The notes beneath the pieces are model-generated. The model was not told where the DNA came from, ran no database searches, and saw only the letters and a program-made list of their open reading frames with translations. 64,000 nucleotides of DNA from the NCBI GenBank assembly GCA_964346455.1, contig CAYFUX010000004.1, forward strand, positions 44,959 to 108,958. The letters are read 5' to 3'. Position numbers and translations under genes: made by a program. The stretch comes from an uncultured Spirochaetaceae bacterium. Lineage in GTDB: Bacteria > Spirochaetota > Spirochaetia > DSM-16054 > Sediminispirochaetaceae. Shown piece by piece: positions 9,479-17,828 of the stretch; position 1 is the first letter of the stretch; the number at the start of each line of letters is the position of its first letter.

Positions 9479-10702
9479 TCATTTTTTTTGAAGAACGAGG
9501 CTGCGATAGCCTTGATGCTTGGAACTGCGGCCGGTGAGAAAGGCGGAGGAAGTGCGCAGGAACCGATTGATATCCGCGCTGCGGCCAAAGACAAAGAGAA
9601 TTCCTCCGGGCTCGAGGAGAAGCTCCGCAGCGTTCAGCAGTTCCTCCGGAAGTGGATTCTCCGGCAGATGGTGAACCTCCGCTACGAATAGCTCGTAAAC
9701 ACCGGCGGCAGTGAACTCCGGCAGTTCCGCCGGGGAAGCGGTGAGATAGATCTCTCCGGGGCGATCGAGCGGCAGGTTGTGGCGGCTCGTGGCGAGGGCC
9801 AAGCTGTCGCGGCCGGCACAGTCTATTGCCGTCTCCTGTGAATCGCACGCCGCATGGAGGAGAAGCGGAAGGTAGCCCTGTCCCGGCGACCAGATCAGGG
9901 CTCGGGAAGAGATATTCCGGCCGCGGAGGAACCTTTCGAACAGATGCGCCCGCTTGGGCGGCGTGTCAAAATCGGCCAGTCCGTAGACGGTGTCCAGCGT
10001 GAAGCGGGTACGGCCGTAGCGCGCCTCCACTCGGCTGCGAAAATACTCTTTGCCCGGGGGAGAACTGGGAGTCGGAGGAAGAGCGTTTTTTCCTGGAGAG
10101 GTGTAAAAACGGGCGTGAAAGACCGAATGGCCGCTTTCGTCCTGCCGGTATTCGATCTCCGCATTGTAGTCGCGCAAGAGAGAGTATATGTAATCCGAAA
10201 GACTCCTGACAATAACGAAACAGGCGGTGCCCCCCGGCTTCAGCACATAACCGGCGTATTTTACAAAGGCCGCCAGAACCGGTGCCCCCGCTTTTGCCGG
10301 GATATTGGAGAGCAGCAGATCCAGGGAGTCTTCCTTCAAATGTTCGTAGCCGATCCCCCGGAGTACTTCGACCCCCTGTTCGATCCCGTTCTCCCGGCAG
10401 TTTGCCTCTGCAAAGGCGGCGGCCAGTGCATCCCGATCCTGCATAATCACCTGCAGGCGAGGATGGCGTTTTTTGAGCGTGAGGCCGAGAGGCCCCACGC
10501 CGCAGCCGAGGTCGAACACGCTATGCATCTTCTCCAGTGCAATATGCCCGGGGAGAGAGTTCAGCAGCAGCTTGGTGCCTTTGTCGATATCATAGCTGCT
10601 GAAGAGTGTTTGGGAGAGGAGGAATGTGAGTTCACTTCCGCCAAAGCGGAAACTGACCCGCTTGTTACTGTAGCGGGAGATGATGTGCTGAATGATATCC
10701 AC
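9479..10702 (-). CDS. two-domain class I SAM-dependent methyltransferase (RsmC/RlmG-like)
   Basis: SAM-binding motif VFDLGCGVGPLG and the catalytic-type motif SNIPAKAG in the N-terminal half. The C-terminal half is a degenerate second Rossmann-like domain. Confidence 0.75.
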   Translation of the reverse strand: MDIIQHIISRYSNKRVSFRFGGSELTFLLSQTLFSSYDIDKGTKLLLNSLPGHIALEKMHSVFDLGCGVGPLGLTLKKRHPRLQVIMQDRDALAAAFAEANCRENGIEQGVEVLRGIGYEHLKEDSLDLLLSNIPAKAGAPVLAAFVKYAGYVLKPGGTACFVIVRSLSDYIYSLLRDYNAEIEYRQDESGHSVFHARFYTSPGKNALPPTPSSPPGKEYFRSRVEARYGRTRFTLDTVYGLADFDTPPKRAHLFERFLRGRNISSRALIWSPGQGYLPLLLHAACDSQETAIDCAGRDSLALATSRHNLPLDRPGEIYLTASPAELPEFTAAGVYELFVAEVHHLPENPLPEELLNAAELLLEPGGILFVFGRSADINRFLRTSSAFLTGRSSKHQGYRSLVLQKK

Positions 10703-10707
10703 GGGAC

Positions 10708-11271
10708 CTACTGGTTGACCCGCTCGACATACTCTTTGTTTTCGGTGTTGACGAGGATTTTCTCTCCCTCTTTAATGAAGATGGGCACCTTCACCTTCAT
10801 GCCGGTCTCTACCTCTACTATCTTGGAGGCGCCGGTGACTGTGTCGCCTTTGACGGCCTCTTCCGCCTTGGTGACGGTGTAGACGATCTTAAACGGGAGT
10901 TTGATATCCAGAGGCCGGTCATCCCACATTAAAAGGGTGTAAGTCTCGCCCTCTTTCATTAAGTCCCGGTACTCCTCGAAACCCTGTACCGGTACGGTAA
11001 ACTGGTCGTAGGTCTCCAGGTTCATGAAGTGGTAGTTGTCACCGTCGTTAAAGAGGTATTGGCAGTCCATATCCTCCACCAGAATGTCTTCGAGCTGATC
11101 CTGGGTTTTGAAGGTTTCCCGCAATACCTTCCCGGTGGTGGGATTTTTTAGTTTTGCCCGGGTGAAGGCCGAACCTTTGCCCGGGTTCACGAACTCCCGA
11201 TCAGTTACGATATAGGGTTCACCTTTGATGAGGATCGCCATCCCCTTTTCCAATGCTCCGGCTTTGATCAT
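10708..11271 (-). CDS. efp: elongation factor P
   Basis: 187 aa. The conserved loop FVNPGKGSAFTRAKLKN carries the modifiable Lys. Typical three-domain length. Confidence 0.95.
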   Translation of the reverse strand: MIKAGALEKGMAILIKGEPYIVTDREFVNPGKGSAFTRAKLKNPTTGKVLRETFKTQDQLEDILVEDMDCQYLFNDGDNYHFMNLETYDQFTVPVQGFEEYRDLMKEGETYTLLMWDDRPLDIKLPFKIVYTVTKAEEAVKGDTVTGASKIVEVETGMKVKVPIFIKEGEKILVNTENKEYVERVNQ

Positions 11272-11335
11272 ATAGTTACCTCTGTCTCTTTGATAATGGT
11301 GTATACTCGCAGTCCGAGCAACGAGATGTGCAGTG

Positions 11336-12310
11336 TTATAGTGTAGCAGATAAAGGAAAGAATATCACCCCCTCGATGGAATCAATCCCTTCTATCGCCA
11401 TCAGAAGACGGTCGAATCCGAGGGCCGTACCGCTGCACTCCGGAAATGTTTCGCCGTCAAAGAGGCGCAGAAACTCCTCATCGGCGTCGGGAATAACCTT
11501 TGACCCGGCGCTCTGTTTGGCAGCCTCTTCGGAAAAGAAGCGGCGGACTTTTGCCGGGGAAGTCTCTTCGGAGAAGCAGTTCGCGATTTCGATGCCGCCT
11601 GCGTACAACTCCCAGCGCTCGCGCCAGGGGGTGCCGCTCTTTTCCCTGGCTAGACAGGAAAGCTTACGCGGGTAGTCCATAAGCACCAGCGGACGGTCCT
11701 GCGGAAGCTCCGGCTCTACGAAGGTGAGGAAAATCCGATTGAAACGCTCTTCCCAATCCGCTTCCTCTTCGGAAGGGGAGAGGCCGAGCTCTCGGAGTCT
11801 CTCCTCGAGGGCAGCGGCGGTGAGGTTGCGGGCGAGGTCGAAACCGGCATAGCGCTGAAACGCTTCCTGAACAGACATCCGGCGAAACGGGGGGCGGAGG
11901 TGAGCGGGAGCTTCTGCGGGGAGCACCGCCCGAAAGAGTTCTTCAGTGGTGTCGATGGAACCTAGGTAGTCCGCTCCCACAGTATACCACTCGAGCATGG
12001 TGAACTCCGGGTTGTGTTGGCGGCCGCTTTGTTCGGCGTTTCGAAAGCAGCGAACACACTGAAAAATGTCGCCGCTGCCGGCGGCGATGAGTTTTTTCAT
12101 ATGAACCTCCGGGGAGGGAATGAGATAGAGCGGGCGGTCGCCCCCGGGGCTGTAGTGGTGAGTTTCAAACGCCTCGATAGGTGCTTCGGGAATAAGCGCC
12201 GGGGCGAGAACCGGGGTCTCTACCTCGAGGTAGCCTTCCTCGGTGAAGTAGCGGCGTACCGCGTCGAGGAGCCGCGTGCGCCGTCGTTGCAGGTCGAATG
12301 TCATTGCCAT
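11336..12310 (-). CDS. epmA: EF-P lysine aminoacylase (GenX/PoxA, truncated class II LysRS paralogue)
   Basis: YLEVETPVL, LIPSPEVHMKKLIAAG, FRNAEQSGRQHNPEFTMLEWY and a class II aaRS core without an anticodon domain. Start set at ATG 12310, giving 324 aa. Confidence 0.85.
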   Translation of the reverse strand: MAMTFDLQRRRTRLLDAVRRYFTEEGYLEVETPVLAPALIPEAPIEAFETHHYSPGGDRPLYLIPSPEVHMKKLIAAGSGDIFQCVRCFRNAEQSGRQHNPEFTMLEWYTVGADYLGSIDTTEELFRAVLPAEAPAHLRPPFRRMSVQEAFQRYAGFDLARNLTAAALEERLRELGLSPSEEEADWEERFNRIFLTFVEPELPQDRPLVLMDYPRKLSCLAREKSGTPWRERWELYAGGIEIANCFSEETSPAKVRRFFSEEAAKQSAGSKVIPDADEEFLRLFDGETFPECSGTALGFDRLLMAIEGIDSIEGVIFFPLSATL

Positions 12311-12385
12311 ACTTGGGAGTGTAGCAGAATCGCTCTTTTTCTTATATACTTGCGGCAAGATACAACACTGAAAGGATCGTTCAAA

Positions 12386-15370
12386 ATGAGTGCATTACGC
12401 GTCGGCGACAGCGTCCACGGCTTTACCGTGGTTTCAATACAGGATATCGATGAGTACCAGGGCAGGGGGATCAGGTTGCGGCATGAGGCGACCGGTCTCG
12501 ACCTTTATCACCTCTACAACGACGACCGCGAAAACCTTTTCGCTTTTGCCTTCAAGACTCCGCCGCGAGACAACACGGGAGCCGCCCACATTGTCGAGCA
12601 CGCGGTCTTGTCCGGTTCGGGGCGCTTTCCGATCAAGGACCCTTTCTTGGCTTTAATGAAGGGGAGCATGAACACTTTCATGAACGCAATGACGTACCCG
12701 GATAAAACCGTCTATCCCGCGGCCACCACTGTAAAGAGCGATTATTACAATATGATGAAGGTCTACGGCGATGCGGTCTTTTTTCCACTGTTGCGCAAGG
12801 AAGTGTTCCTCCAGGAAGGCCGGCGGATCGAACTCGACGAGCAGGGGAATCCTCAGGTGCAGGGCATCGTGTTCAACGAGATGAAAGGCTCCTACTCAAG
12901 TTTCGAGTCTATCGTCGGCGAGTGGTCGTACCGGAGTATCTTTACCGACAGCCCTTACTACTACGACAGCGGCGGTCATCCGGCGGAAATTCCCGATCTG
13001 GGCTACGAGGACTTCCGGCAGTATCACTCTACCTATTACCATCCTTCTAACTGTCGCATGTTTCTCTACGGAAACATTCCGACCGAGGAGCAGCTGGAGT
13101 TTCTGCAGCATGAGCTCCTCGCCGGTTTTCACGCGGGGACCGTGGCGGAGGAAATACCGGCGCAAACGCGCTGGAGCGAGCCTCGGGAAATGGAGGTCAA
13201 AGGACCCCTTTCGGCGGAAGAGGGGGAAGACGAGGCGAAGACTACGGTAATTGTCAACTGGCTGGTCGGATCCTCTACCGATCCGCTGGAGATGCTCTCT
13301 CTGCAAGTGCTGAGCGACATGCTGCTCGGCTACTCCGGCACCCCTCTGCAGAAGGCGATCAACGAGTCCGAGCTCGGGGAGGATATGGCGCCTGCGAGCG
13401 GTCTGGAGACCGATGTGGCGGAGGTGGTCTTTACCGCTGGCCTGCGCGGGACCGACAGAAGCAAGAAGAAGGATTTCGAAGAGCTCGTGCTGGAGGAGCT
13501 GCGGCGGCTTGTTCGCGAGGGACTCCCACGGGACCTGGTGGAGGGCTCGCTGCGGCGGGTAGAGTTCCGCAACCGTGAGATCAAGGGCGGTGCGCCTTTC
13601 GGACTGCGCCTCATGGGACGGGCGCTGCGCGGCTGGCTGCATGGACAAGCCCCCGAGGCAACGCTGGAGTTTGCTCCGCATATAGAAGAGCTGAAGCGAC
13701 GCTATGAAACGGAGGAGCGCTATTTCGAGCGCTTAATAGAGCAGCGTCTGTTGCATAATGCGCACCGCAGCACTGTTACTATCGTCCCCGACCGCAGCTA
13801 CCTGCAGGAGCTCGACGAGGAGATCGAAAAGAGGACAAGGAAAAAAACGGCCGGTATGACCGAGGAGCAGCGTCAGGAGCTTGATGAGGAGCTCCGGGCG
13901 TTCCGCACGTTTCAGGATACTCCCGACAGCGATGAGGAGCGCGCAAAGATTCCCCGTGTGAGCCGTGAGGAGCTGCCGGAGGATATCCCGTTGATCGACA
14001 CGCGGGAAGAGCACATCGGCGAAACTCCTTTTTACTCGCACGATCTCTATACTAACGGAATTGTGTACGTGGATTGGGCCTTTGATATTCATGGGCTCTC
14101 CCGGGAAGAGCGCCAGCTGCTGCCGTTGCTGGGGAAAATGCTTGTCTCAGCCGGTCTTCCCGGCGAGAACTACGATCGGGTGGCGCGGCGCATGGCTCTC
14201 TCCACCGGAGGCATCTATCCGTACCTCGAGGAGAGCCCGAAAGTGAGCCGCCGGGACGAGCACCTGGAGCTGCTGCTGTTTCGGCTCAAGAGTCTGGAGG
14301 ATTCGGCTGACGAGGCTTTGTCGCTGCTGACGGAGTTGCTGCTGCAGGCGGAGGTGGACGATGCAAAACGGCTCCGGGAGGTGCTGTTTGAGTACCGCAA
14401 CGATATGCGCTCGGCGGTGATTCCGGGAGGCCATTCCTTTGCCTCCCTACGAGCCCTTTCGCGGATCTCACACTCTGCGGCGGTAGAGGAGGAATGGCGC
14501 GGTATCGAACAGCTGGAGTTTCTCTCCGGTTTTGACCCTCGCAGTGAAGAGGAGATGGAGGCGCTTGCCCGGCGGCTTTCCGACCTGCGCGGAAAACTCC
14601 TATGCAGGGAGCGAATGCTCGTCAACGTGACTGCCGAAGGCAAGTGGGTCGCAAATCTAAAGCAGCGTATAGGTACTCTGCTTCCCCGCATCCAAGGAGA
14701 CGGCGAAAACGGCTCTGAAGGAGACCCGGGAAAGGAGCACTCCGCCGCCGCCTACGCGGAGCTCGGAGAGCCGGTGGACTGGGAAGGCTTGGAGATTCCC
14801 GCCGCGGTAGGCTACGCTGCTCTTGCACTCCCCGGATCCTACTTTGGGGAGGAGGCTCATGCATTACAGGTCTTGATTGCCCACCTCCTGAAGACTGACT
14901 ATCTCTGGGAGAAGATTAGAATGAACGGCGGAGCCTACGGTGCCGGCGCCTCTGCCCACGGGCTGGAGGGGGTATTTTCCTTTTTCAGCTACCGTGACCC
15001 CTCTGCGGCGGATAGCCTGGAGGTGTTTCTGCAGGGCCTGGAGCAGATTGCGGCGGGCCGCTTTAGCGAAAGTGATGTGGAGCAGGCGGTGATCTCGGTG
15101 GTGGGGCACGACCTGCGGCCCCATTCTCCCGGAGAGAAGAGTCTTATCGGGCTGCGGCGGACACTACTGGGAATTACCGACGAGATCCGGCGAGAGAAAC
15201 GGCGTACGCTTCTGGCCGCAGGGCGCAGTAGTCTACAGGAGGAGGCACAGGCTTTGACGGAACGGGCGAAGAACGCAGTTCGTGTGGTGCTCGCCTCCCG
15301 GGAGACAGTGCAGGAGGCAGCCGGCCGTTACCCGCAGGCCCGCAGTCGGCGTACGCGCGTTTCCATGTGA
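12386..15370 (+). CDS. M16C-family zinc metallopeptidase (PreP/insulinase-like)
   Basis: HxxEH zinc motif (HIVEHAVLSGS) followed by PIKDPFLALMKGSMNTFMNAMTYPDKTVYP. About 994 aa. Start set at ATG 12386, because the ORF-track extension to 12014 overlaps epmA. Confidence 0.9.
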   Translation: MSALRVGDSVHGFTVVSIQDIDEYQGRGIRLRHEATGLDLYHLYNDDRENLFAFAFKTPPRDNTGAAHIVEHAVLSGSGRFPIKDPFLALMKGSMNTFMNAMTYPDKTVYPAATTVKSDYYNMMKVYGDAVFFPLLRKEVFLQEGRRIELDEQGNPQVQGIVFNEMKGSYSSFESIVGEWSYRSIFTDSPYYYDSGGHPAEIPDLGYEDFRQYHSTYYHPSNCRMFLYGNIPTEEQLEFLQHELLAGFHAGTVAEEIPAQTRWSEPREMEVKGPLSAEEGEDEAKTTVIVNWLVGSSTDPLEMLSLQVLSDMLLGYSGTPLQKAINESELGEDMAPASGLETDVAEVVFTAGLRGTDRSKKKDFEELVLEELRRLVREGLPRDLVEGSLRRVEFRNREIKGGAPFGLRLMGRALRGWLHGQAPEATLEFAPHIEELKRRYETEERYFERLIEQRLLHNAHRSTVTIVPDRSYLQELDEEIEKRTRKKTAGMTEEQRQELDEELRAFRTFQDTPDSDEERAKIPRVSREELPEDIPLIDTREEHIGETPFYSHDLYTNGIVYVDWAFDIHGLSREERQLLPLLGKMLVSAGLPGENYDRVARRMALSTGGIYPYLEESPKVSRRDEHLELLLFRLKSLEDSADEALSLLTELLLQAEVDDAKRLREVLFEYRNDMRSAVIPGGHSFASLRALSRISHSAAVEEEWRGIEQLEFLSGFDPRSEEEMEALARRLSDLRGKLLCRERMLVNVTAEGKWVANLKQRIGTLLPRIQGDGENGSEGDPGKEHSAAAYAELGEPVDWEGLEIPAAVGYAALALPGSYFGEEAHALQVLIAHLLKTDYLWEKIRMNGGAYGAGASAHGLEGVFSFFSYRDPSAADSLEVFLQGLEQIAAGRFSESDVEQAVISVVGHDLRPHSPGEKSLIGLRRTLLGITDEIRREKRRTLLAAGRSSLQEEAQALTERAKNAVRVVLASRETVQEAAGRYPQARSRRTRVSM

Positions 15371-15397
15371 TTCCTGCATCCGCGTGATTCCTGCATC
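15367..15397 (+). repeat. tandem direct duplication GTGATTCCTGCATC-n3-GTGATTCCTGCATC spanning the peptidase stop codon
   Basis: Read directly: 15367-15380 and 15384-15397 are identical 14-mers. Confidence 0.8.
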
Positions 15398-15429
15398 TGC
15401 CCGGCGTATGATGCGAAGAGACCGAGGCT

Positions 15430-16773
15430 CTAGCTTTCGAGCTTGTCGTCTCCCCAGACGGTGCGCATGCGCCGCAGATTTTCTTTGACGTTCCGGGGGT
15501 CGAGCTGTTCTTGACGGCGCTGCAGAAAAATACAGCGGTTGATTTCGGCATTTTTGAGGACTACATCGTGAGCGAGCGCCTCGCAGGAGGGGCTCCCGCA
15601 CACGCCGCAGTCTACATGGGGCAGTTGTTCGAGCGTATCTTCGATCTGCTGCATCTTTTCCATCGCCTGCTCCATGTCGTCGTCGAGTTTCACGATTGAG
15701 CGGGGTTCGATGTGGTCCAGTTTGAACTCTTCTTTGAGCGTCTCGCCGTGGCGCCGGATTTTCTCCCGCTCTTTCTGCAGGACCCCCTCCATCGATCGGG
15801 AGCGGTGGTGGAGGCGCTCGGCGGTAAGAAACCGGTTGCCGGAGCCCAGAATGCCCCCGGCACAGCCTTCGTCGCAGGAGCGGAGCTCGAGGAAATCGAC
15901 CCCTTCGATTTCTCCGTTCTCCAGCTTTTCCAGGAACTCGATCACATTGTGAATCCCGTCCACCGCCAGGGTGCGTCCTTTTATCCGCGGGGCCTCGCCG
16001 CCGGTAAGGCTCCAAATGACGGCGTTGCCGGAAAGGGAGCGAGGCGGCGGCACTGTACAGCTCTCTTCACGCTTCTGTTTAACGATAGTCTTGTGAACGA
16101 GGTTGAAGAGGTAGTTCATATTGATCACGCCGTCAAAGATGCTTTCCTCTTCGCCGGTCGGACTCTTGATAGCGGCGATTTTAGCAGCGCAGGGGGTGAC
16201 GTAGAAGATACCGATCTGTTCGGGCTCCGCCCCCTCTTCCTCGGTCAGGATCGTTTTGGCGTAGTGAGCGGTGAGATCGAGAGGCGGTTTGATCAAATTG
16301 AGATGGCTGACCAGCCCGGGAAAGCGGACCTGGATGAGCCGTACAACTGCGGGGCAGAAGCTGGAGATTACCGGGTGCCGTGAAGCGTAGGTGATGTACT
16401 TCCCGCTGACGAGGCTAAGGATATCGCTGCCAAACTCCGCCTCGTAGACAGCGGTAAATCCGAGCTCATGGAGAGTGCTGTAGATCTGCTCCTCGGAAAT
16501 CTCATCGTTGAATTGCCCGATCATGACGGATGGCAGCACGGCAATACGATGACGGTAGCGGTAGATCTTCTGAAAGTCGTCTTGTTCTACCACAATGGCA
16601 TTCACCGGGCACACTTCCATGCAGTTACCGCAGTCTACGCAGCGGGCGGCATCTACATGCGCTGTTCCACGGTATACCCTGATAGCGCCGGTAGGGCAGA
16701 TCGTCATACAGCGGGTACAGCCGAAACAGGTTTCTTCGTCCACCTTGAGTGCGTGGTGGAAAGGCGGCCGCAT
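15430..16773 (-). CDS. [FeFe]-hydrogenase-like Fe-S protein (2x4Fe-4S ferredoxin domain, H-domain-like core, C-terminal RnfB-type Fe-S domain); putative sensor
   Basis: CFGCTRCMTICP and CVDCGNCMEVCP. H-cluster-type cysteines in SSFCPAVV, TPCAAK and SCDEGCAGG. C-terminal DCGVCGSPSCEALA...INRC. Confidence 0.8.
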   Translation of the reverse strand: MRPPFHHALKVDEETCFGCTRCMTICPTGAIRVYRGTAHVDAARCVDCGNCMEVCPVNAIVVEQDDFQKIYRYRHRIAVLPSVMIGQFNDEISEEQIYSTLHELGFTAVYEAEFGSDILSLVSGKYITYASRHPVISSFCPAVVRLIQVRFPGLVSHLNLIKPPLDLTAHYAKTILTEEEGAEPEQIGIFYVTPCAAKIAAIKSPTGEEESIFDGVINMNYLFNLVHKTIVKQKREESCTVPPPRSLSGNAVIWSLTGGEAPRIKGRTLAVDGIHNVIEFLEKLENGEIEGVDFLELRSCDEGCAGGILGSGNRFLTAERLHHRSRSMEGVLQKEREKIRRHGETLKEEFKLDHIEPRSIVKLDDDMEQAMEKMQQIEDTLEQLPHVDCGVCGSPSCEALAHDVVLKNAEINRCIFLQRRQEQLDPRNVKENLRRMRTVWGDDKLES

Positions 16774-17204
16774 TACGCTCCTCCCTCTTGCTGATTGAAA
16801 TAGATGATCATCTCAAGCTCGGTATGATCCCCGGCGCTGCTGCGAATATCGAGGTAGTCGGTATTTTGCTTGATATTGGGCAGTCCCATCCCGGCGCCGA
16901 AGCCCATCTCCCGGATCTCCTGAGTGGCGGTGGAGTAGCCTTCAGACATCGCAAGATCTATATCGGCTATTCCCGGTCCTTCATCCCGGACCAGTACATG
17001 GATTTTTTGCCCGTCAACGTCGATCTCCATAGTTCCGCCGTACGAGTGGCCCACCACATTGGTTTCAGCTTCGAAGAGGGCTACCATCGCACGTTTGACC
17101 GTGGCGCTGTCTACGCCGAGTTGTTTGAGAATCTTCTTTACCTTGCTGGAGGCGTTTCCCGCCCGGGAGAAATCACCCGCTTCTATGGAAAAATCGAAAT
17201 GCAC
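16773..17204 (-). CDS. anti-sigma-factor-type Ser/Thr kinase (HATPase_c domain only)
   Basis: 143 aa with an N-box-like EAETNVVGHS, a G1 box DEGPGI and a G2 box GFGAGMGLPN. Its stop shares nt 16773 with the start of the downstream gene. Confidence 0.8.
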   Translation of the reverse strand: MHFDFSIEAGDFSRAGNASSKVKKILKQLGVDSATVKRAMVALFEAETNVVGHSYGGTMEIDVDGQKIHVLVRDEGPGIADIDLAMSEGYSTATQEIREMGFGAGMGLPNIKQNTDYLDIRSSAGDHTELEMIIYFNQQEGGA

Positions 17205-17246
17205 CGTTGTTCTTCCTTTATGGTCGTCCTCTGTGGTCGTGACATA

Positions 17247-17708
17247 TCAGAACACCGGCTTCAGACCGGCGTTAAACAGCAAGCCGCTGCTCTTGAACAT
17301 GGAATATTCGGTAGAGAGCAGCGCGATATCGTTCTCCTGCGCCAATTGTATCATTCTGGGGCCGGGCTCCTTGCTGCGGACGAATAAGACGACCCCAATA
17401 TCGGCCATCTCAGCCGTTCTGACAGCCTGTACGTTATTGAGTCCGGTGATCAAAAGCAAATCGTCGGCAAGGAGGGTGAGCACGTCGCTCATCAGATCAG
17501 AAGAAAACGCCCGATGTACTTCACGCTGCGTGTCGCTCCCTGCGGTGTGAAGGGACCCGTTCACGGTCTCGATAATCTCTTGAATGTTCACTTCTTTTAC
17601 GTCCCCGTCTAATTCGATTGTTCCGCTGCTATTTGTTTCGCTACTATGTGTCCCGATACTATAGCAAATGGATCCGAAAACATAAAGCTGCCGAATATGA
17701 ATTGCCAT
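17247..17708 (-). CDS. DRTGG domain protein
   Basis: SDLMSDVLT...LLLITGLNNVQAVRTAEMADIGVVLFVRSKEP...AQENDIALLST is typical of DRTGG. Start set at ATG 17708, because a divergent promoter occupies 17725-17753. The start remains uncertain. Confidence 0.7.
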   Translation of the reverse strand: MAIHIRQLYVFGSICYSIGTHSSETNSSGTIELDGDVKEVNIQEIIETVNGSLHTAGSDTQREVHRAFSSDLMSDVLTLLADDLLLITGLNNVQAVRTAEMADIGVVLFVRSKEPGPRMIQLAQENDIALLSTEYSMFKSSGLLFNAGLKPVF

Positions 17709-17724
17709 GTGTATAAACTTTTTC

Positions 17725-17753
17725 TTGACAGCACTATAGAGCTGTCGTACACT
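17725..17753 (+). promoter_or_regulatory. sigma70-like promoter TTGACA-17-TACACT for the ABC importer
   Basis: -35 at 17725-17730 and -10 at 17748-17753, 76 nt upstream of ATG 17829. Confidence 0.6.
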
Positions 17754-17764
17754 GCACACAGTCG

Positions 17765-17778
17765 TGCAACCGTGTGCA
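17765..17778 (+). promoter_or_regulatory. LacI-type operator copy 1 (TGCAACCGTGTGCA)
   Basis: Exact 14-mer 11 nt downstream of the -10. Extended identity GTGCAACCGTGTGCATAA with copy 2. Confidence 0.7.
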
Positions 17779-17828
17779 TAAAACGGCGGTGGTCACGACT
17801 GTAAGCTTATTCAAAAGGAGCGTCATTT

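Noticed and set aside
9854-10882. 342-aa plus-strand ORF opposite the methyltransferase and efp genes. Similar cases are 21431-22321 opposite the SuhB-like gene, and 28575-29495, 30252-31154, 32286-33062 and 33255-34001 opposite the GH65 genes.
   Set aside because: They are antisense to conserved genes, cross gene boundaries and have no domain signatures.
12014-12385. 5' extension of the M16 peptidase ORF given in the ORF track
   Set aside because: The extension overlaps the epmA coding region on the other strand and has no peptidase similarity. ATG 12386 (MSALRVGDSVHGF...) matches the family N-terminus.
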